Of a DNA stretch of 52,141 nt, positions 9,255-20,241 are shown one piece after another; the first letter of the stretch is position 1, and each line of letters begins with the position of its first letter. This stretch comes from Coleofasciculus chthonoplastes F2-STO-03. GTDB lineage: Bacteria; Cyanobacteriota; Cyanobacteriia; Cyanobacteriales; Coleofasciculaceae. The translations under genes and the position numbers were made by a program. Under the pieces are notes generated by a model, which was not told the DNA's origin, did not search any database, and saw nothing but the letters and a program-made list of their open reading frames with translations. Location: positions 1 to 52,141 of the forward strand of contig JAVJWO010000004.1 of NCBI GenBank assembly GCA_040222015.1. The letters are read 5' to 3'.

Positions 9255-9941
9255 ATGTCAAAAGAGCAGCATAAGCCTCAGGAACCTATAGAGGTAGATG
9301 AATCCATTCAAGAAACCAATAGGGCTAAACCCACTCGCCCGTCTAAACTGGTAGATTGGCTCTATCCCAGCTTTGAAACCGTTGAGAAGGTGTGGGATAG
9401 TATTTTGGCAGCAATCCGCTCTCTGTTACCCGAAGCTTGGAATCAAAAGCTATCAGATTGGGGATTGACGGGCGCGATCGCGGCTTTTATTGTGGTCATA
9501 ATGGTGACGGCAGTCGCCATAACGCCAGAGACACCAACACAGTTAGCCAAAGAAGCAAAACCCGAACCTGTTGCTGCACCTGCCGAATTAGCCGCACCTG
9601 AATTTGCAGAAACTCCAGAACCTAATTCTTCTCCCCTAGAACTTACCCCAGAACAACGTCTGATTACGGCGATTCAAGACCAAGTGGCTGAAATTACGGT
9701 TCAGTATGCGAATGGATTGATTCAATCCATTCAAGCTAACTTTCAGGGTAACCGTCTGATTGTCACGATGAGTGATGGCTGGTATAAATTGGATGAACAG
9801 AAGCAACAGCAATTAGCGAGTGAAATTTGGCGTCGCTCTCAAGACTTGGAGTTGAGCAAACTGGAAATCACTAATTCCGATGGAAGTCTATTGGCGCGGA
9901 GTCCGGTAGTCGGTTCTGGGATAGTCATTTGGCAGCGTTAG
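9255..9941 (+). CDS. Single-TM hypothetical protein of cyanobacterial type
   Basis: Long ORF with one TM helix, Pro/Glu linker and LTPEQRLI...LLARSPVVG C-terminal domain. Confidence 0.75.
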   Translation: MSKEQHKPQEPIEVDESIQETNRAKPTRPSKLVDWLYPSFETVEKVWDSILAAIRSLLPEAWNQKLSDWGLTGAIAAFIVVIMVTAVAITPETPTQLAKEAKPEPVAAPAELAAPEFAETPEPNSSPLELTPEQRLITAIQDQVAEITVQYANGLIQSIQANFQGNRLIVTMSDGWYKLDEQKQQQLASEIWRRSQDLELSKLEITNSDGSLLARSPVVGSGIVIWQR

Positions 9942-9956
9942 ATGTCATTTCCTCAG

Positions 9957-9987
9957 TAGGGCTTGCTGAATACGGGTTGTGGTGAGG
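9957..9987 (+). repeat. Dispersed ~30 bp repeat TAGGGCTTGCTGAATA..TTGTGGTGAGG
   Basis: Reverse-complement copies near 15906-15937, 35446-35475, 43550-43578; partial copies near 31814 and 46730. Confidence 0.7.
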
Positions 9988-10128
9988 ATAGGGAATAGAC
10001 AACGGGGAACGGTTGTTGTAGTGCGAGGGATACGCTCGCTATTTTGTATAGGTTTTTATTATATAGGTAGAGACGTAGCCTGCTACGTCTCTATATTCAG
10101 ATAAATGCTACTTTACATCAAGAGCCGA

Positions 10129-10437
10129 TCAGCGCATGGCTTTCTCAAGCTGGTTAGCAATGTTAAATTGAGATAAACTGGGCGATTCAATCTCACTTCT
10201 CGCCAGTTGTTCTAACTCAACCGCTAGCGATCGCAGGTAGTCTGCTCGTTGGCGCATTCGGGTACTGATTCCCTCTGTACCAGTGGCAAGGCACTCTGGG
10301 CAAACATCACTAACATATTCGCCAGATTCTCGATACGCTCTTGCCACCACCTCTAGCGGGAAAAAAATGTTACCGCACAAATTGCAACGGCATTTTTCCT
10401 CGAAGTGATTACTCTCAACTTGAATTTTAATGGGCAT
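10129..10437 (-). CDS. Small hypothetical protein with putative zinc finger and helical C-terminus
   Basis: CNLC...CPEC; GGAGA RBS-like sequence upstream on the minus strand. Confidence 0.7.
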   Translation of the reverse strand: MPIKIQVESNHFEEKCRCNLCGNIFFPLEVVARAYRESGEYVSDVCPECLATGTEGISTRMRQRADYLRSLAVELEQLARSEIESPSLSQFNIANQLEKAMR

Positions 10438-10545
10438 GGACGGTGTTCTCCAAATATATATGCAGTTTTGGGATAGCTGGAATCCTGTTTAGATTTGGCT
10501 GAAGCGAGCAGCTTAATTAATTATTTATTTTATTTTAACTATAAA

Positions 10546-10561
10546 TGTAGTTAATCGTACA
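10546..10561. promoter_or_regulatory. Putative NtcA-binding site TGTA-N8-TACA
   Basis: TGTAGTTAATCGTACA matches the GTA-N8-TAC consensus in an AT-rich region ~110 bp upstream of the 10437 start. Confidence 0.55.
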
Positions 10562-10692
10562 GATTATTTCTAATGGCAGAGACACCGTTTTTTTGTTAGC
10601 TTTTCATGACAATGATCCCGCCTCATCCCCAAGGGCTACGGTACTGAAGGGGTGGGTAAGGGACGTGAAGGGTATTGTTGCCAGATCGTGAT

Positions 10693-10724
10693 AAAAAAAT
10701 ACTCAGAGTTCAGACTCTGAGTAT
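10693..10724 (-). terminator. Rho-independent terminator
   Basis: Perfect 11 bp stem ATACTCAGAGT/ACTCTGAGTAT with 4 nt loop and T-run on the minus strand. Confidence 0.8.
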
Positions 10725-10726
10725 CA

Positions 10727-11012
10727 GTGACATCCTCCCACACCAGAATCTTTGATTTGGTGTGGGCTTCCAAGCTTCACAACTTGGATTTCCTGGTTTT
10801 TCCCTTGCGGGATTTCGACACTTACCTAGACTGAGACGAGTACATTTCAGTCCCCGGTAGACCGTCTGCACAGGCAGTTTACATTCCCGCTAGCCCGGCG
10901 GTACTGGTTAGTTTGATTTGCCTTGGTTGTTGATTATCGAATTCGAGAAGCAACTCACGGTGCAGCAATTTCAACTAGCTTTGTGAGCAGATGTATCTAA
11001 GGATGATGTCAA
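10727..11012 (-). mobile_element. Non-autonomous IS200/IS605-derived element: right end and TnpB omega-RNA-like scaffold without tnpB
   Basis: Minus strand reads AGTACCGCCGGGCTAGCGGGA...GCCTGTGCAGAC...CAGGAA...GAAGCCCACACC-hairpin-GGTGTGGGAGGATGTCAC, the usual layout of tnpB 3' ends. Confidence 0.65.
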
Positions 11013-11158
11013 TTTACCACATTGATGTTGGGGGAGTCCAGTGTATCACAACGCCCAATTAAAAATTATGGCGTGGGTCTTATTGCTCCCCCTCTCCCCC
11101 CACAATTAGATAAACTCGTTGAGAGGTTGCTGCATCCAAACAGTAAAGTTTTGTTGCT

Positions 11159-12175
11159 TTAACCTTCCCACTTCGCCGCTATATGCTCAGCCAAATCGAC
11201 AACTCGCTGAGAATAGCCCCACTCATTGTCATACCAGGCAATGACTTTAACCATATCACCACCCATTACCATCGTTAGACTGGCATCGACAATAGATGAA
11301 GCATCATGTCCCTTGTAGTCTGAGGACACCAACGGTAAGTCGTTGTATTCCAAAATGCCCTTAAGCGAGTTTTCTGACTCTTCTTTGAAGACTTTGTTCA
11401 ACTGCTCAGCAATGGTGCTTTTCTCAACTTGAGCCACCAAATCCACAACCGATACATTCGGGGTAGGTACGCGCATCGCGATCCCATTCAATTTCCCCTG
11501 CATATCTGGAATAACTAAAGCCACAGCTTTAGCCGCTCCCGTCGAGGTTGGCACAATATTGATCGCAGCGGCTCTGGCTCGACGGACATCACGGTGACTC
11601 GCATCCAGAATCCGCTGATCCCCCGTGTAACTGTGAGTCGTAGTCATGGTTCCTTTAATGATGCCAAAGTGTTCATGTATCACTTTGACCACAGGAGCCA
11701 GACAGTTTGTTGTACAACTCGCATTGCTAACAATGTCATGCTTGCTGTGTTCGTAGTCGTGATGATTAACTCCAACAACAAACGTGCCGATGTCACCACC
11801 TTTCCCTGGAGCCGTAATCAGCACTTTTTTGGCGCCGGCGGCTATATGCTTAGATGCACCATCCCTGGTAACGAACACCCCGGTTGATTCGATGACTAGG
11901 TCAATACCCCAATCACCCCAAGGCAAGTTCAGGGGGTTGCGATCCGATACACACTTTATGGTTTTGCCATTGACGATTAGGGAGTTTTCGTCATAGCCAA
12001 TGTCGGCTTTGAGCGTCCCTAGCATGGAGTCATATTTAAGCAAATGAGCATTTGTCTTGGGATCAGATGTATCATTGATGCCCACTAACTCCAACTGACT
12101 ATTTTCTCTAGTCAGTAAACATCTGGCGAAATTACGTCCGATGCGTCCGAACCCGTTGATCGCTACTCTAATCAC
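11159..12175 (-). CDS. gap2: Glyceraldehyde-3-phosphate dehydrogenase, NAD(P)-dependent Calvin-cycle type
   Basis: [26 protein letters not shown] signature; GTG start at 12175. Confidence 0.96.
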   Translation of the reverse strand: MIRVAINGFGRIGRNFARCLLTRENSQLELVGINDTSDPKTNAHLLKYDSMLGTLKADIGYDENSLIVNGKTIKCVSDRNPLNLPWGDWGIDLVIESTGVFVTRDGASKHIAAGAKKVLITAPGKGGDIGTFVVGVNHHDYEHSKHDIVSNASCTTNCLAPVVKVIHEHFGIIKGTMTTTHSYTGDQRILDASHRDVRRARAAAINIVPTSTGAAKAVALVIPDMQGKLNGIAMRVPTPNVSVVDLVAQVEKSTIAEQLNKVFKEESENSLKGILEYNDLPLVSSDYKGHDASSIVDASLTMVMGGDMVKVIAWYDNEWGYSQRVVDLAEHIAAKWEG

Positions 12176-12738
12176 TGCGTCTTGCCCTCTGTATTCAAGC
12201 TCAGTAAATATACTTTTTATGAACCCAATCATATCGCAAAGCCGGACAAATTCTAAATGCCGATTCAGCGACAGATCGGGAAGCGTCGGACAGATAAGTT
12301 ACTCTAAGTCTTTCCACCCAAGGGTTTTGGTGAATCTGAATTGAGAATAAGAGTTTTTGGATTAGGGGTGTAGGGTGTGGTTAGATGTCAATATGGCTCG
12401 CAGCGAGCTCTTTCTCTTCCAGATGCGCCCTAGCACGTCTGGAACAGGCTTTCCCAGGTCGAGTGTCGGAGTTCTAGGGTTCTGCTGAATTTTCCGGAAA
12501 CCCAAGAATGAAGGCTGTTTAGTATAAAAAACCGTCTGGAGATAGAAAAAGTTACTTCAGTATAAACACGGTGGTCAACTCCACTGGAGCAATAACACAA
12601 TTTATAGCGAAGTGGGTCTGTTGCCAAGAAAATCTGATAAATCCACTCTTGACTGTATCTTGAAAAATCAATTCTTGATATGATAGCGCGTGTTATTGGC
12701 ACAGTAGGCTTGTGTGGTGTGGTGTGTAAGGAGTTAAG

Positions 12739-14280
12739 ATGCCTAATATTGTCGATCTTAGTGGCAAGCCATTCCATTTCATCGGAATTGGTGGAATTGG
12801 TATGTCAGCGCTGGCTTACGTTCTAGCCAAACGCAACCTCCCTGTATCTGGGTCTGATATTCGTTCGACGCCGATTACTCAGCGGTTGCAAGCTGTCGGC
12901 GCTCATCTGTTTAGAGACCAGAAGGCAACCAACTTGGAATTTTTTAGAGAAACGAATGTTCCCATTTATCAGGGCGTATCTGCAACGGCGATTGAACCGG
13001 AACCCCCTCGAGAAACAATTGCCGCCCCCTCAAATGTTAACCACTCTGTTAGGGAAGACCCTCTTGCCTCCTGCTTACCCCAAGTAATATGTTCGAGTGC
13101 GATTAATCCAATCAATTCTGAGTACAAAGCGGCTGTAGAAGGCGGCTACCCTATTTTTCATCGCTCCGACTTACTGGCAGCGTTGATGCAAGACTACCGC
13201 AGCATTGCCGTTGCTGGAACTCACGGCAAAACCACAACCAGCAGTTTAATGGGATACTTGCTGCTGAAAACGGGTCTAGACCCGACTATCGTGGTTGGGG
13301 GAGAAGTGGAGGCTTGGCAAGGGAATGCGCGTTTGGGTCAAAGTCCCTTTTTGGTGGCTGAAGCGGATGAATCAGACGGCTCATTAGCCAAGCTTGCTCC
13401 GGAAATTGGTGTGATTACCAATATTGAACTGGATCACCCTGACCATTACCAGAATCTGGATCAGGTGATCGAAACCTTCAGGATTTTTGCCGATCGCTGT
13501 CAAACCATCGTGGGCTGTATTGATTGCCCGACATTGCGATCGCATTTCACGCCCACCATCAGCTATAGCCTGCAACGCACAGCCGGAGCTGACTACAGCG
13601 TGGATCGCGTTGTTTATCAGGCAGAAGGCATCACGGCGAGAATTTGGGAAGGCGATCAGGTGTTAGGTACGCTACAACTGAGTCTGTTAGGTCAACATAA
13701 TCTCAGCAACGCCTTAGCTGTTGTGGCAGTAGGACGACACCTGGGACTAGAGTTTGACGCGATCGCATCCGCCCTCGCCACCTTTGAAGGTGCCAAGCGC
13801 CGCTTTGAGGTTCGGGGTGAGTGCAAAGGGATTACCTTTGTGGATGACTATGCTCATCATCCCAGTGAAATTCAGGCAACGTTAGCGGCGGCTCGCTTAC
13901 AGGTTGAATTATCACGCCGTATTGTTGCCATTTTTCAGCCTCATCGCTATAGTCGAACCTTGACATTTTTGTCAGACTTTGCTAAATCATTTGGCGATGC
14001 TGATCTCGTCGTGGTCACAGACATTTATAGCGCAGGCGAAGCCGGTGTTGAACAAATTACAGGTGAACAAGTGCGAACCGCGATCGCGGCTCACCATGAG
14101 CGGGTCTACTACCAACCAACCTTAGATGAAGTCTCCCAACTCCTCGCCCAAATCCTGCAACCGGGAGATCTGGCTATCTTTCTCGGTGCGGGAAATTTGA
14201 ATCAGATTATTCCCCAGGTTATAGAGTCCTACCAGACGGCGACACCTGATAATTCCACTGAATTGAGTCAAACCGTCTAA
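12739..14280 (+). CDS. murC: UDP-N-acetylmuramate--L-alanine ligase
   Basis: HFIGIGGIGMSALA, GTHGKTTT, EADESDGS, DDYAHHPSE, FQPHRYSRT. Confidence 0.97.
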   Translation: MPNIVDLSGKPFHFIGIGGIGMSALAYVLAKRNLPVSGSDIRSTPITQRLQAVGAHLFRDQKATNLEFFRETNVPIYQGVSATAIEPEPPRETIAAPSNVNHSVREDPLASCLPQVICSSAINPINSEYKAAVEGGYPIFHRSDLLAALMQDYRSIAVAGTHGKTTTSSLMGYLLLKTGLDPTIVVGGEVEAWQGNARLGQSPFLVAEADESDGSLAKLAPEIGVITNIELDHPDHYQNLDQVIETFRIFADRCQTIVGCIDCPTLRSHFTPTISYSLQRTAGADYSVDRVVYQAEGITARIWEGDQVLGTLQLSLLGQHNLSNALAVVAVGRHLGLEFDAIASALATFEGAKRRFEVRGECKGITFVDDYAHHPSEIQATLAAARLQVELSRRIVAIFQPHRYSRTLTFLSDFAKSFGDADLVVVTDIYSAGEAGVEQITGEQVRTAIAAHHERVYYQPTLDEVSQLLAQILQPGDLAIFLGAGNLNQIIPQVIESYQTATPDNSTELSQTV

Positions 14281-14365
14281 GGTTGGTTAACCCCAGCCGC
14301 ACCCGATTAGGTGTGTCCACTTCCACTGGCTAAAATCCATCGGCATTCTTTTGACCTGTACTGAT

Positions 14366-15340
14366 ATGACCTTGTCATCCTATTCTCCCGGCGTTGCTAA
14401 CGCGCCACTTTGTCAAAAAACCTCTGATCAGCTTAAGCTTTACTTGCCTGGAACTGACTGTATCCTCCGTTCTCAGGTGTCTTTAGCGAGTTTGACATCC
14501 TTTCGCGTGGGGGGTCCCGCCGAGTGGTATGTGGCACCCCGACGGGTCGAGGATCTGCTCTCCAGTTTTGAATGGGCAGATTTGCAGGGATTACCCATAA
14601 CCTTGTTAGGGGCGGGTTCTAATCTACTGGTTAGCGATTGTGGGTTGTCCGGCTTAGTCGTCTGCACTCGTCATCTCCGTTCTACCTACTTTGACCCGGA
14701 TACGGGTCAAGTCACCGTGGGAGCTGGAGAACCAATCGCCCGTTTAGCATGGCTTGCCGCTAATCACGGTTGGCAAGGGTTGGAATGGGCGGTAGGTATT
14801 CCGGGAACGGTGGGGGGCGCTGTGGTGATGAATGCCGGTGCCCATCAAAGTTGTGCGGCGGATCTGCTGGTGAGTGTGGAAACCATTTCACCCACCGGAA
14901 TTGTGGAGCGGCTCACGCCTGAAGAGTTGGACTTTCGCTATCGCACCTCCATCCTGCAAGGGGGGAATCGCTTCGTGACTCAGGCAACGTTTCAGTTGCA
15001 ACCGGGCGCTGATCCCAAACAGGTTCGAGCGACAACAACTCACCATTTAAGGCAACGCCGTGATGCTCAACCCTATCACTTACCCAGTTGTGGCAGTGTT
15101 TTCCGCAATCCCGAACCCCACGCTGCGGGTTGGCTGATCGAACAATTGGGTTTGAAAGGCTATCAAATTGGCGGCGCTCAAGTGGCTGAACGCCATGCTA
15201 ACTTTATCTTGAACTGTGGCGGTGCTAAAGCCAGCGATATCTTCCAACTGATTCGTTATGTGCAGCAGCAAGTCGAGCAGCATTGGTCGCTCTCCTTAGA
15301 GCCAGAGGTGAAAATCTTAGGACGGTTTCAGCCGGTCTAA
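14366..15340 (+). CDS. murB: UDP-N-acetylenolpyruvoylglucosamine reductase
   Basis: [43 protein letters not shown]. Confidence 0.96.
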   Translation: MTLSSYSPGVANAPLCQKTSDQLKLYLPGTDCILRSQVSLASLTSFRVGGPAEWYVAPRRVEDLLSSFEWADLQGLPITLLGAGSNLLVSDCGLSGLVVCTRHLRSTYFDPDTGQVTVGAGEPIARLAWLAANHGWQGLEWAVGIPGTVGGAVVMNAGAHQSCAADLLVSVETISPTGIVERLTPEELDFRYRTSILQGGNRFVTQATFQLQPGADPKQVRATTTHHLRQRRDAQPYHLPSCGSVFRNPEPHAAGWLIEQLGLKGYQIGGAQVAERHANFILNCGGAKASDIFQLIRYVQQQVEQHWSLSLEPEVKILGRFQPV

Positions 15341-15423
15341 GGATGTCGCATTAACCTAAGCGGTACTAAGATTAAGACTTAGCAACGATAAACCCGTCCA
15401 ACTCGAGAGACAGTCAATCAGTT

Positions 15424-15768
15424 ATGACCAAAGGACAAGGATTCGGCTTCGGTTTAGGCAAGATGAAAGAACTTGCCGAAGCATTCAAAAAAGCCCAAGA
15501 GGTACAACAAGGAGCCAAACAGCTTCAAGAAGAATTGGAGCAAATGGAAATTGAAGGCTCCTCTAGCGATGGTATGGTTAAGGTGTTTATGAGTGGGAAT
15601 CAGGAACCCCTGCGCGTCGAAATTGCTCCAGACGCGATTAACCAGGGAGCCGAAACTCTATCAGAAACGGTGACAGCCGCCATGAAAGATGCTTATGATA
15701 AATCAACCACGACGATGAGGGAACGAATGGAAGAACTCACCAGTGGGTTGAACCTGCCAGGAATGTAA
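15424..15768 (+). CDS. YbaB/EbfC family nucleoid-associated protein
   Basis: KKAQEVQ...[11 protein letters not shown]...GLNLPGM pattern. Confidence 0.9.
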   Translation: MTKGQGFGFGLGKMKELAEAFKKAQEVQQGAKQLQEELEQMEIEGSSSDGMVKVFMSGNQEPLRVEIAPDAINQGAETLSETVTAAMKDAYDKSTTTMRERMEELTSGLNLPGM

Positions 15769-15934
15769 TTTCATCAGAACTGGGAATATAGAGTTTCATT
15801 TCATTCATCGGAGACAGCACATCCCAGTTCTGCTCTGATTGTCATTGGTTATTGGTCATTGGTCACCTCTGCTTCCCCTGCTTCCCCTGCTTCCCCTGCT
15901 CTCTAACTCCACCACAAGACTTATTCAGCAGCCC

Positions 15935-17161
15935 CTAATCAATAATTTCTGTGACTGTAACATTGATTTGCCCCTCAGCCAATTGAATCTGTAATTCTTC
16001 TCCTGGAGCGAGACTCGTCGCGTTGCGAGCAATGTTTCCTTGTTCAGTCCGTACCACCGCATATCCTCGTTTTAAAACATTGGTCGGGTCAAGGGTGGCT
16101 AACTTTTGCCCCAGAAATTGGCAATGTTGACTGGCTTGACTTATGCGCCAAGATGTGCTGTGAACTAATCGCTGTCGCTGCTGCGCGATCGCATGGTGTT
16201 CCTGCTGTAACTGTCGGTTAAGGGGTAAGCGGGTTAGACGGTTTCTGAGTTGGTGCAATTGGTTGCAGGAGGTATCCAGATGCTGAGTCACCGCCTCATG
16301 TAACGCCTCCTGACGCTGCTGATGTTCCCTAATCAGAGTTGCCAACTCTGGCACGGCTCGTTCAGCGGCGGCGGTGGGTGTATGAGCGCAAAAATCAGCC
16401 ACTAAATCGGCTAAGGATTCATCCCGTTGATGACCAATTCCTGTTAAGACTGGAATCGAACAGTTCGCGATCGCTCTCACCACTCGCTCATCATCAAAGC
16501 CAACCAAATCCTCCGATGCGCCACCTCCCCGCGACAGAATCACCAACTCAGCCCTCCCGTCTCGCTCAACTCGCTCAATCGCTGTCACGATGGATTCCGG
16601 TGCGAAATCCCCTTGCACTTGTGCCGGAGAAAACAACACACATAACCCTGGATACCGTTGTCGCAGGGTGCGGCGAATATCTCCCCAAGCGGCGGCTTGG
16701 GGTGAAGTGACTACCGCGATCGTTTGCGGATGTGTTGGTAGGGGGCGCTTGTGTTGGGTATCAAATAATCCTTCCGCCGCTAATTGTTGGCGCAGTTGAT
16801 TGTAGCGCAGTGCCTGTAACCCTTCTCCTCCGGGCAATGCCTGCCAAACCATAAGCTGATATTGTCCCCGTTGCGGATAAATCCGGATACTGCCTAATGC
16901 AATCAACTGTTCTCCAGATTGGGGAAGTTGCACCAGCTTACTTAGCACAGAGTTCCACACCACGCATTGAATCGATACCTTACCCTCTAAATCTCGCAGG
17001 GTGAAAAACATACCACTCCGATGGCGGTTGGCACTAGAGACTTCTCCAATTACCCAAATCTTCTGGAGTTGGGTATCCTGTTCTAACAGATCTTGAATGT
17101 AGTCGGTTAATCCCGCAACTGAAAGGGTTACTTCTGGAAGTAATGAATTGGTATTGGTCAT
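15935..17161 (-). CDS. xseA: Exodeoxyribonuclease VII large subunit
   Basis: WVIGEVS, RGGGASEDL, TGIGHQRD, TPTAAAE, LKRGYAVV. Confidence 0.95.
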   Translation of the reverse strand: MTNTNSLLPEVTLSVAGLTDYIQDLLEQDTQLQKIWVIGEVSSANRHRSGMFFTLRDLEGKVSIQCVVWNSVLSKLVQLPQSGEQLIALGSIRIYPQRGQYQLMVWQALPGGEGLQALRYNQLRQQLAAEGLFDTQHKRPLPTHPQTIAVVTSPQAAAWGDIRRTLRQRYPGLCVLFSPAQVQGDFAPESIVTAIERVERDGRAELVILSRGGGASEDLVGFDDERVVRAIANCSIPVLTGIGHQRDESLADLVADFCAHTPTAAAERAVPELATLIREHQQRQEALHEAVTQHLDTSCNQLHQLRNRLTRLPLNRQLQQEHHAIAQQRQRLVHSTSWRISQASQHCQFLGQKLATLDPTNVLKRGYAVVRTEQGNIARNATSLAPGEELQIQLAEGQINVTVTEIID

Positions 17162-17219
17162 TTGTTCTTTGTCATACTCGCTATCGCTAGACGCAAGCTA
17201 CGTCATTTGTCATTTAGTC

Positions 17220-17282
17220 GGGGCGGGTTTTGCAGCCAAGTTGAGGATAACAATCAATATTAGTCCCTAAACCCGCCCCTAC
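17220..17282 (-). repeat. GTAG-REP-like hairpin (GGGCGGGTTT family)
   Basis: GGGGCGGGTTT...AAACCCGCCCCTAC. Confidence 0.8.
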
Positions 17283-17401
17283 ACACAGACGCCATGGCAC
17301 ATCTCCCCCATCTCCCCCATCTCCCCCAGCTTTCCCAGCTTCCCCAGCACCTCCACACCCCTACCCCTTGAAATCCTCGAACTTGTCGATTGACCCAACA
17401 A

Positions 17402-17424
17402 TGCTATAGTAGTACCTGTGTTCT
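17402..17424 (+). promoter_or_regulatory. recA promoter: extended -10 (TGcTATAGT) abutting a cyanobacterial LexA box
   Basis: AGTACCTGTGTTCT at 17411-17424 fits RGTAC-N3-DGTWCB, upstream of recA. Confidence 0.75.
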
Positions 17425-17669
17425 ATATTGGGGGAGGGGAAATGCGGTCAAATATTTCTCTCCAGCCCAAGACTTGGGATCAAAACACAGTAATAGTTCG
17501 GCAAGATTATGGCGTTGATGAACGATGTCTTAGCATTGACAAATTAGCATTTCCGTGATTTAGTCCCAAAAATCAGGTTCTCTTAATTTTGCAGGCAGTC
17601 GGCGTTAAAATAGAGCCAACTTTCTGCACTAATTCTCAGTCCATTCCAATAACAGTTCTTGAGGCATCC

Positions 17670-18755
17670 ATGGCTACCCAAATCACCAACAGTCCCGAAA
17701 AGGAAAAAGCCCTGAACTTGGTACTCAACCAGATTGAGCGTACCTTTGGCAAAGGTTCGATTATGCGCTTGGGAGATGCCACCCGTATGAAGGTGGAAAC
17801 CATCTCCAGTGGTGCAATTACTCTAGATTTAGCCTTGGGTGGTGGCTTGCCCAGAGGACGGATTATCGAGATTTACGGACCAGAAAGTTCTGGAAAGACA
17901 ACCCTCGCCTTGCACGCCGTCGCAGAAGTGCAGAAGAGCGGTGGGGTAGCCGCCTTTGTCGATGCTGAACATGCCCTCGACCCCACCTACTCATCAGCGT
18001 TAGGGGTTGACATTGCCAACCTTTTAGTATCTCAACCGGATAGTGGTGAATCGGCTCTGGAAATCGTCGATCAACTTGTGCGATCGGCGGCTGTGGATAT
18101 TGTCGTAATTGACTCGGTAGCCGCCTTGGTGCCTCGTGCAGAAATTGAAGGTGAAATGGGCGATACCCAAGTGGGATTGCAGGCGCGTCTGATGAGTAAG
18201 GCGTTACGCAAAATTGCTGGGAATATTGGCAAATCAGGCTGCACCGTCATTTTCCTCAATCAGTTGCGACAAAAAATTGGTATCACCTACGGCTCTCCAG
18301 AAGTCACAACAGGCGGTAATGCTCTTAAGTTCTATTGTTCAGTTCGCTTAGATATTCGCCGGATTCAAACGCTCAAGAAAGCCAGCGAAGGGGACTATGG
18401 AATTCGAGCGAAGGTCAAGGTAGCAAAAAATAAAGTTGCGCCACCCTTCCGAATTGCTGAGTTTGACATTATCTTTGGACAAGGGATTTCCCGGTTAGGA
18501 TGTCTGGTTGACTTGGCTGAACAAACAGGAGTGATTAACCGCAAGGGAGCTTGGTATAGCTACAACGGCGATAATATTGCCCAAGGTCGTGACAATAGTG
18601 TCAGGTATATTGAAGAGAATCCTGAAATTGCCGCGACTATTGAACAAAAAGTGCGCGAACAGCTTGATATGGGAGCTATGGTGTCAGCGAATTCCATCAA
18701 TCCAGATGAGAACGAGGAGCAAGAGGAAGAACAAGAAAATTTTGAGGAAGATTAG
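17670..18755 (+). CDS. recA: Recombinase A
   Basis: [34 protein letters not shown] 17670 after GAGG. Confidence 0.98.
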   Translation: MATQITNSPEKEKALNLVLNQIERTFGKGSIMRLGDATRMKVETISSGAITLDLALGGGLPRGRIIEIYGPESSGKTTLALHAVAEVQKSGGVAAFVDAEHALDPTYSSALGVDIANLLVSQPDSGESALEIVDQLVRSAAVDIVVIDSVAALVPRAEIEGEMGDTQVGLQARLMSKALRKIAGNIGKSGCTVIFLNQLRQKIGITYGSPEVTTGGNALKFYCSVRLDIRRIQTLKKASEGDYGIRAKVKVAKNKVAPPFRIAEFDIIFGQGISRLGCLVDLAEQTGVINRKGAWYSYNGDNIAQGRDNSVRYIEENPEIAATIEQKVREQLDMGAMVSANSINPDENEEQEEEQENFEED

Positions 18756-18774
18756 ATTCGCGTTTGTTTAAGTT

Positions 18775-18805
18775 AATCCCCCGTGTTGAAAGCGGGGGAT
18801 TTCTT
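18775..18805 (+). terminator. Hairpin terminator between convergent recA and FHA genes
   Basis: AATCCCCCG...CGGGGGATT stem followed by TCTT. Confidence 0.6.
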
Positions 18806-18826
18806 GCTATTCATTCCCAGGAGAGG

Positions 18827-19594
18827 TCAAGGATTGGGAATTTGCCGACTGAAAAATCGGTCTAAAATTTCTGCGCGTTGATGGGAATTTAATTTAGGTA
18901 AGGCGGGTTCTCCAGATAATTCTTCTAACTTTGATAGTTCTTGCAAAAATTTTGATGTCCCTTTGTGATAGTCCCCTTCAGATACTTTGACTTTTGCAGG
19001 TAACTCCAAATCTTCATCTGGAGCTTTTCGTTTTGAGGATGGGGAAGCTTCTACAGAGGAAGACGCTTTGGAGGCTTTCAGTTTCGCGATAATTTCTGGA
19101 GAGGCGGGGTTGAGCTTTTGGGTGTCGTTGCAGAGGAAAAAGTAAAATGCAAGGGTGCTGAGTCGAATGCAATCGCCATCCTTAAGCGATATATGCCCGT
19201 GGACAGGTTCACCGTTGACATAGGTGCCATTTGTGCTTTTAAAATCTACAAGGTAATATCCTTTGTTTGATAGATAATAAATCGCCGCATGATGACGGGA
19301 TAAGTGGGGATCGGGAATCGATATCGCTAATTGGCGATCGCGACCAATCGTCCAAATTCCCTGCGGCTGAAACAGGGTTTGGGTTTTTCCCTCTACCAGA
19401 TTGGTCATCAGACAAGGTCGCTGACTTTGAATGATACCTGTGACAAAGCGAATTGTTCGACTCGAGAACGTTTTATGCCCTGTTTTTTCAAGCTGGAGGA
19501 TTTCATCGAGTAGACCCCGATGATACTCGTAGAGCTTCAGGAAAACCTGGTATAGACCCAATCGTTGTTCGATTTCCATAAAACGAGCCGACAA
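18827..19594 (-). CDS. FHA domain-containing protein
   Basis: WTIGR, LSRHHA, STNGTYVNG. Confidence 0.9.
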   Translation of the reverse strand: MSARFMEIEQRLGLYQVFLKLYEYHRGLLDEILQLEKTGHKTFSSRTIRFVTGIIQSQRPCLMTNLVEGKTQTLFQPQGIWTIGRDRQLAISIPDPHLSRHHAAIYYLSNKGYYLVDFKSTNGTYVNGEPVHGHISLKDGDCIRLSTLAFYFFLCNDTQKLNPASPEIIAKLKASKASSSVEASPSSKRKAPDEDLELPAKVKVSEGDYHKGTSKFLQELSKLEELSGEPALPKLNSHQRAEILDRFFSRQIPNP

Positions 19595-19755
19595 TTCCTA
19601 AACAACCTAATACCCATTGATGGGAACTTTAACATTTGGATTGGTCTATCGTTTCGGATGAACTCTACAGCGTTAGAAATTTTACCTGGAGATTAAAAGA
19701 GGTAGGTTGGCTGTTACCTAATTCAGATATCTATCGAGTTCAAGCCAATCTTAAC

Positions 19756-20055
19756 CTATGGCTTACGCTCTGCCCGTTGTTCTAGGCGAAATAGCCAAAT
19801 CATTAAGGCGACGATGCCAACTTGTAGCGCCAGATTGGGAAATGCTGTCGCCACTTCTCGACCTGCAATTAACTGTGCCAGGAAAACGAGTCCTCCAATA
19901 AAGCCAGAGGCGGCAAATGCCACATAGATAAATTTTCTCAGTCCTCGGTAGGGCGCTTTGGCTTCAGCTTTCAGTCGAGCGTATTTTTCCGGACTCATCT
20001 GTCGGGATTTGGCTTTTGACTGGGGCTGGCGATTGTTTGGGGTTGAATGGGTCAT
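19756..20055 (-). CDS. DUF3493-like small membrane protein
   Basis: LKAEAKAPYRGLRKFIY followed by two TM helices. Confidence 0.75.
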   Translation of the reverse strand: MTHSTPNNRQPQSKAKSRQMSPEKYARLKAEAKAPYRGLRKFIYVAFAASGFIGGLVFLAQLIAGREVATAFPNLALQVGIVALMIWLFRLEQRAERKP

Positions 20056-20241
20056 AAGTTTCGTTGATCATACCTCTTTTAATGGTGACATGACTATCCC
20101 CAGCTTGGACAGTGAATTGTGCCAAACCTTGCTGTAATATAAAAAAATGTATCTTTGGAGTAACCTGCTCACAGGATTCATGCCAGAGAAGAAAAAAGAT
20201 GCAGTTACTTGCGCTAAAGCTTGCTATAGTAGTCAAGTGAT

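Noticed and set aside
12430..12777. 115 aa minus-strand ORF between gap2 and murC, and the many antisense ORFs within long genes
   Set aside because: Overlap promoters or well-supported genes and show no motifs; treated as shadow ORFs
12940..13080. Insertion in MurC as a possible intein or repeat insert
   Set aside because: No intein terminal motifs or palindrome; looks like a variable low-complexity loop
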